From positions 21,079-85,078 of IMG/VR virus record IMGVR_UViG_3300021256_000008: DNA of 64,000 nucleotides, one strand, 5' to 3'. A model generated the notes under the pieces. It had not been told where the DNA came from. It was given only the letters and a program-made list of their open reading frames with translations, and did not search any database. Within the stretch, counting starts at the first letter, position 1. Every line of letters starts with the position of its first letter. This DNA is from a virus. Taxonomy: Duplodnaviria; Caudoviricetes. Position numbers and translations under genes: made by a program. Shown here piece after piece: positions 63,710 through 64,000 of the stretch.

Positions 63710-64000
63710 AGAGCACTGTTCCCTCCTCAAATTTAAGTTCTTCGATTGACCTGACCCTTGTTTCCTCGCCATATCGTTTCTTCAGCATTTCTATAGCTCG
63801 GTCTTCACTATACGCAAAAACATATCCGGCCGAAGCATGATACTCATGGTCTTTGAGAATCGCGAACATGGCAAAATATAATTTGAGGTTCTGTACGGAA
63901 TCAGGTTCTTCAACAAGTCTATTATCGGCAACTACAAAACCTTCCTGAAGCAATTCTTCCACTTTATCTGGAAACTTTTTATAACCGTCTATATAAACAT
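63684..64000 (-). CDS. Hypothetical protein, probably 5'-truncated by the window edge
   Basis: The frame stays open upstream of the GTG at 63962 to the edge (..VYIDGYKKFPDKVEELL). Confidence 0.5.
   Translation of the reverse strand, partial: VYIDGYKKFPDKVEELLQEGFVVADNRLVEEPDSVQNLKLYFAMFAILKDHEYHASAGYVFAYSEDRAIEMLKKRYGEETRVRSIEELKFEEGTVLYGERWHKL

Noticed and set aside
10838-63772. Longest-ORF starts in the track for several genes (e.g. 10889, 13042, 25158, 31081, 35637, 45922, 48060, 48581, 55383, 63772)
   Set aside because: They overlap upstream genes or regulatory elements and lack an SD. Downstream starts with clear SD sequences were used where available.
1-64000. Integrase, repressor-antirepressor switch, tRNA genes, introns or inteins
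   Set aside because: None was recognised by eye. Lifestyle cannot be decided from this window, and tRNAscan/Infernal runs would be needed to exclude small RNAs.

Overview
A 64 kb segment of a large long-tailed (siphovirus-like) dsDNA phage, probably infecting a Firmicutes/Clostridia host (inferred from the Shine-Dalgarno style, the CHAP/peptidoglycan-binding endolysin and the Dp-1-type holin). Nearly all genes are on the minus strand. In transcription order the modules are: an early array of small genes built as promoter-gene-terminator cassettes (64-45 kb); a replication block with a fused helicase-primase-PolB, an SSB, an SF2 helicase and two nucleases (42-35 kb); a ~936-aa single-subunit two-barrel RNA polymerase with a GADYDGD motif (32-35 kb); a non-coding putative packaging region and HNH gene (30.6-31.8 kb); lysis and spore-coat-like genes (23-29.5 kb); then terminase, portal, a protease-scaffold-capsid fusion and tail genes, ending in a tail-tip gene cut off by the window edge. 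I saw no integrase, tRNA, CRISPR array or reverse transcriptase. The strongest candidate for an undescribed system has three linked parts. First, a hydrophobic-x-His motif recurs in the capsid precursor linkers and at the N-termini of six non-structural-looking proteins including the RNA polymerase, suggesting a capsid-cargo or protease tag. Second, 13 copies of a non-sigmaA promoter (TCGYAA-N13-TATAAT-like) sit in front of early genes and the polymerase operon. Third, a late-region motif TCAAAATGGAA recurs. All family assignments come from motif recognition by eye and need HMM or structure confirmation.
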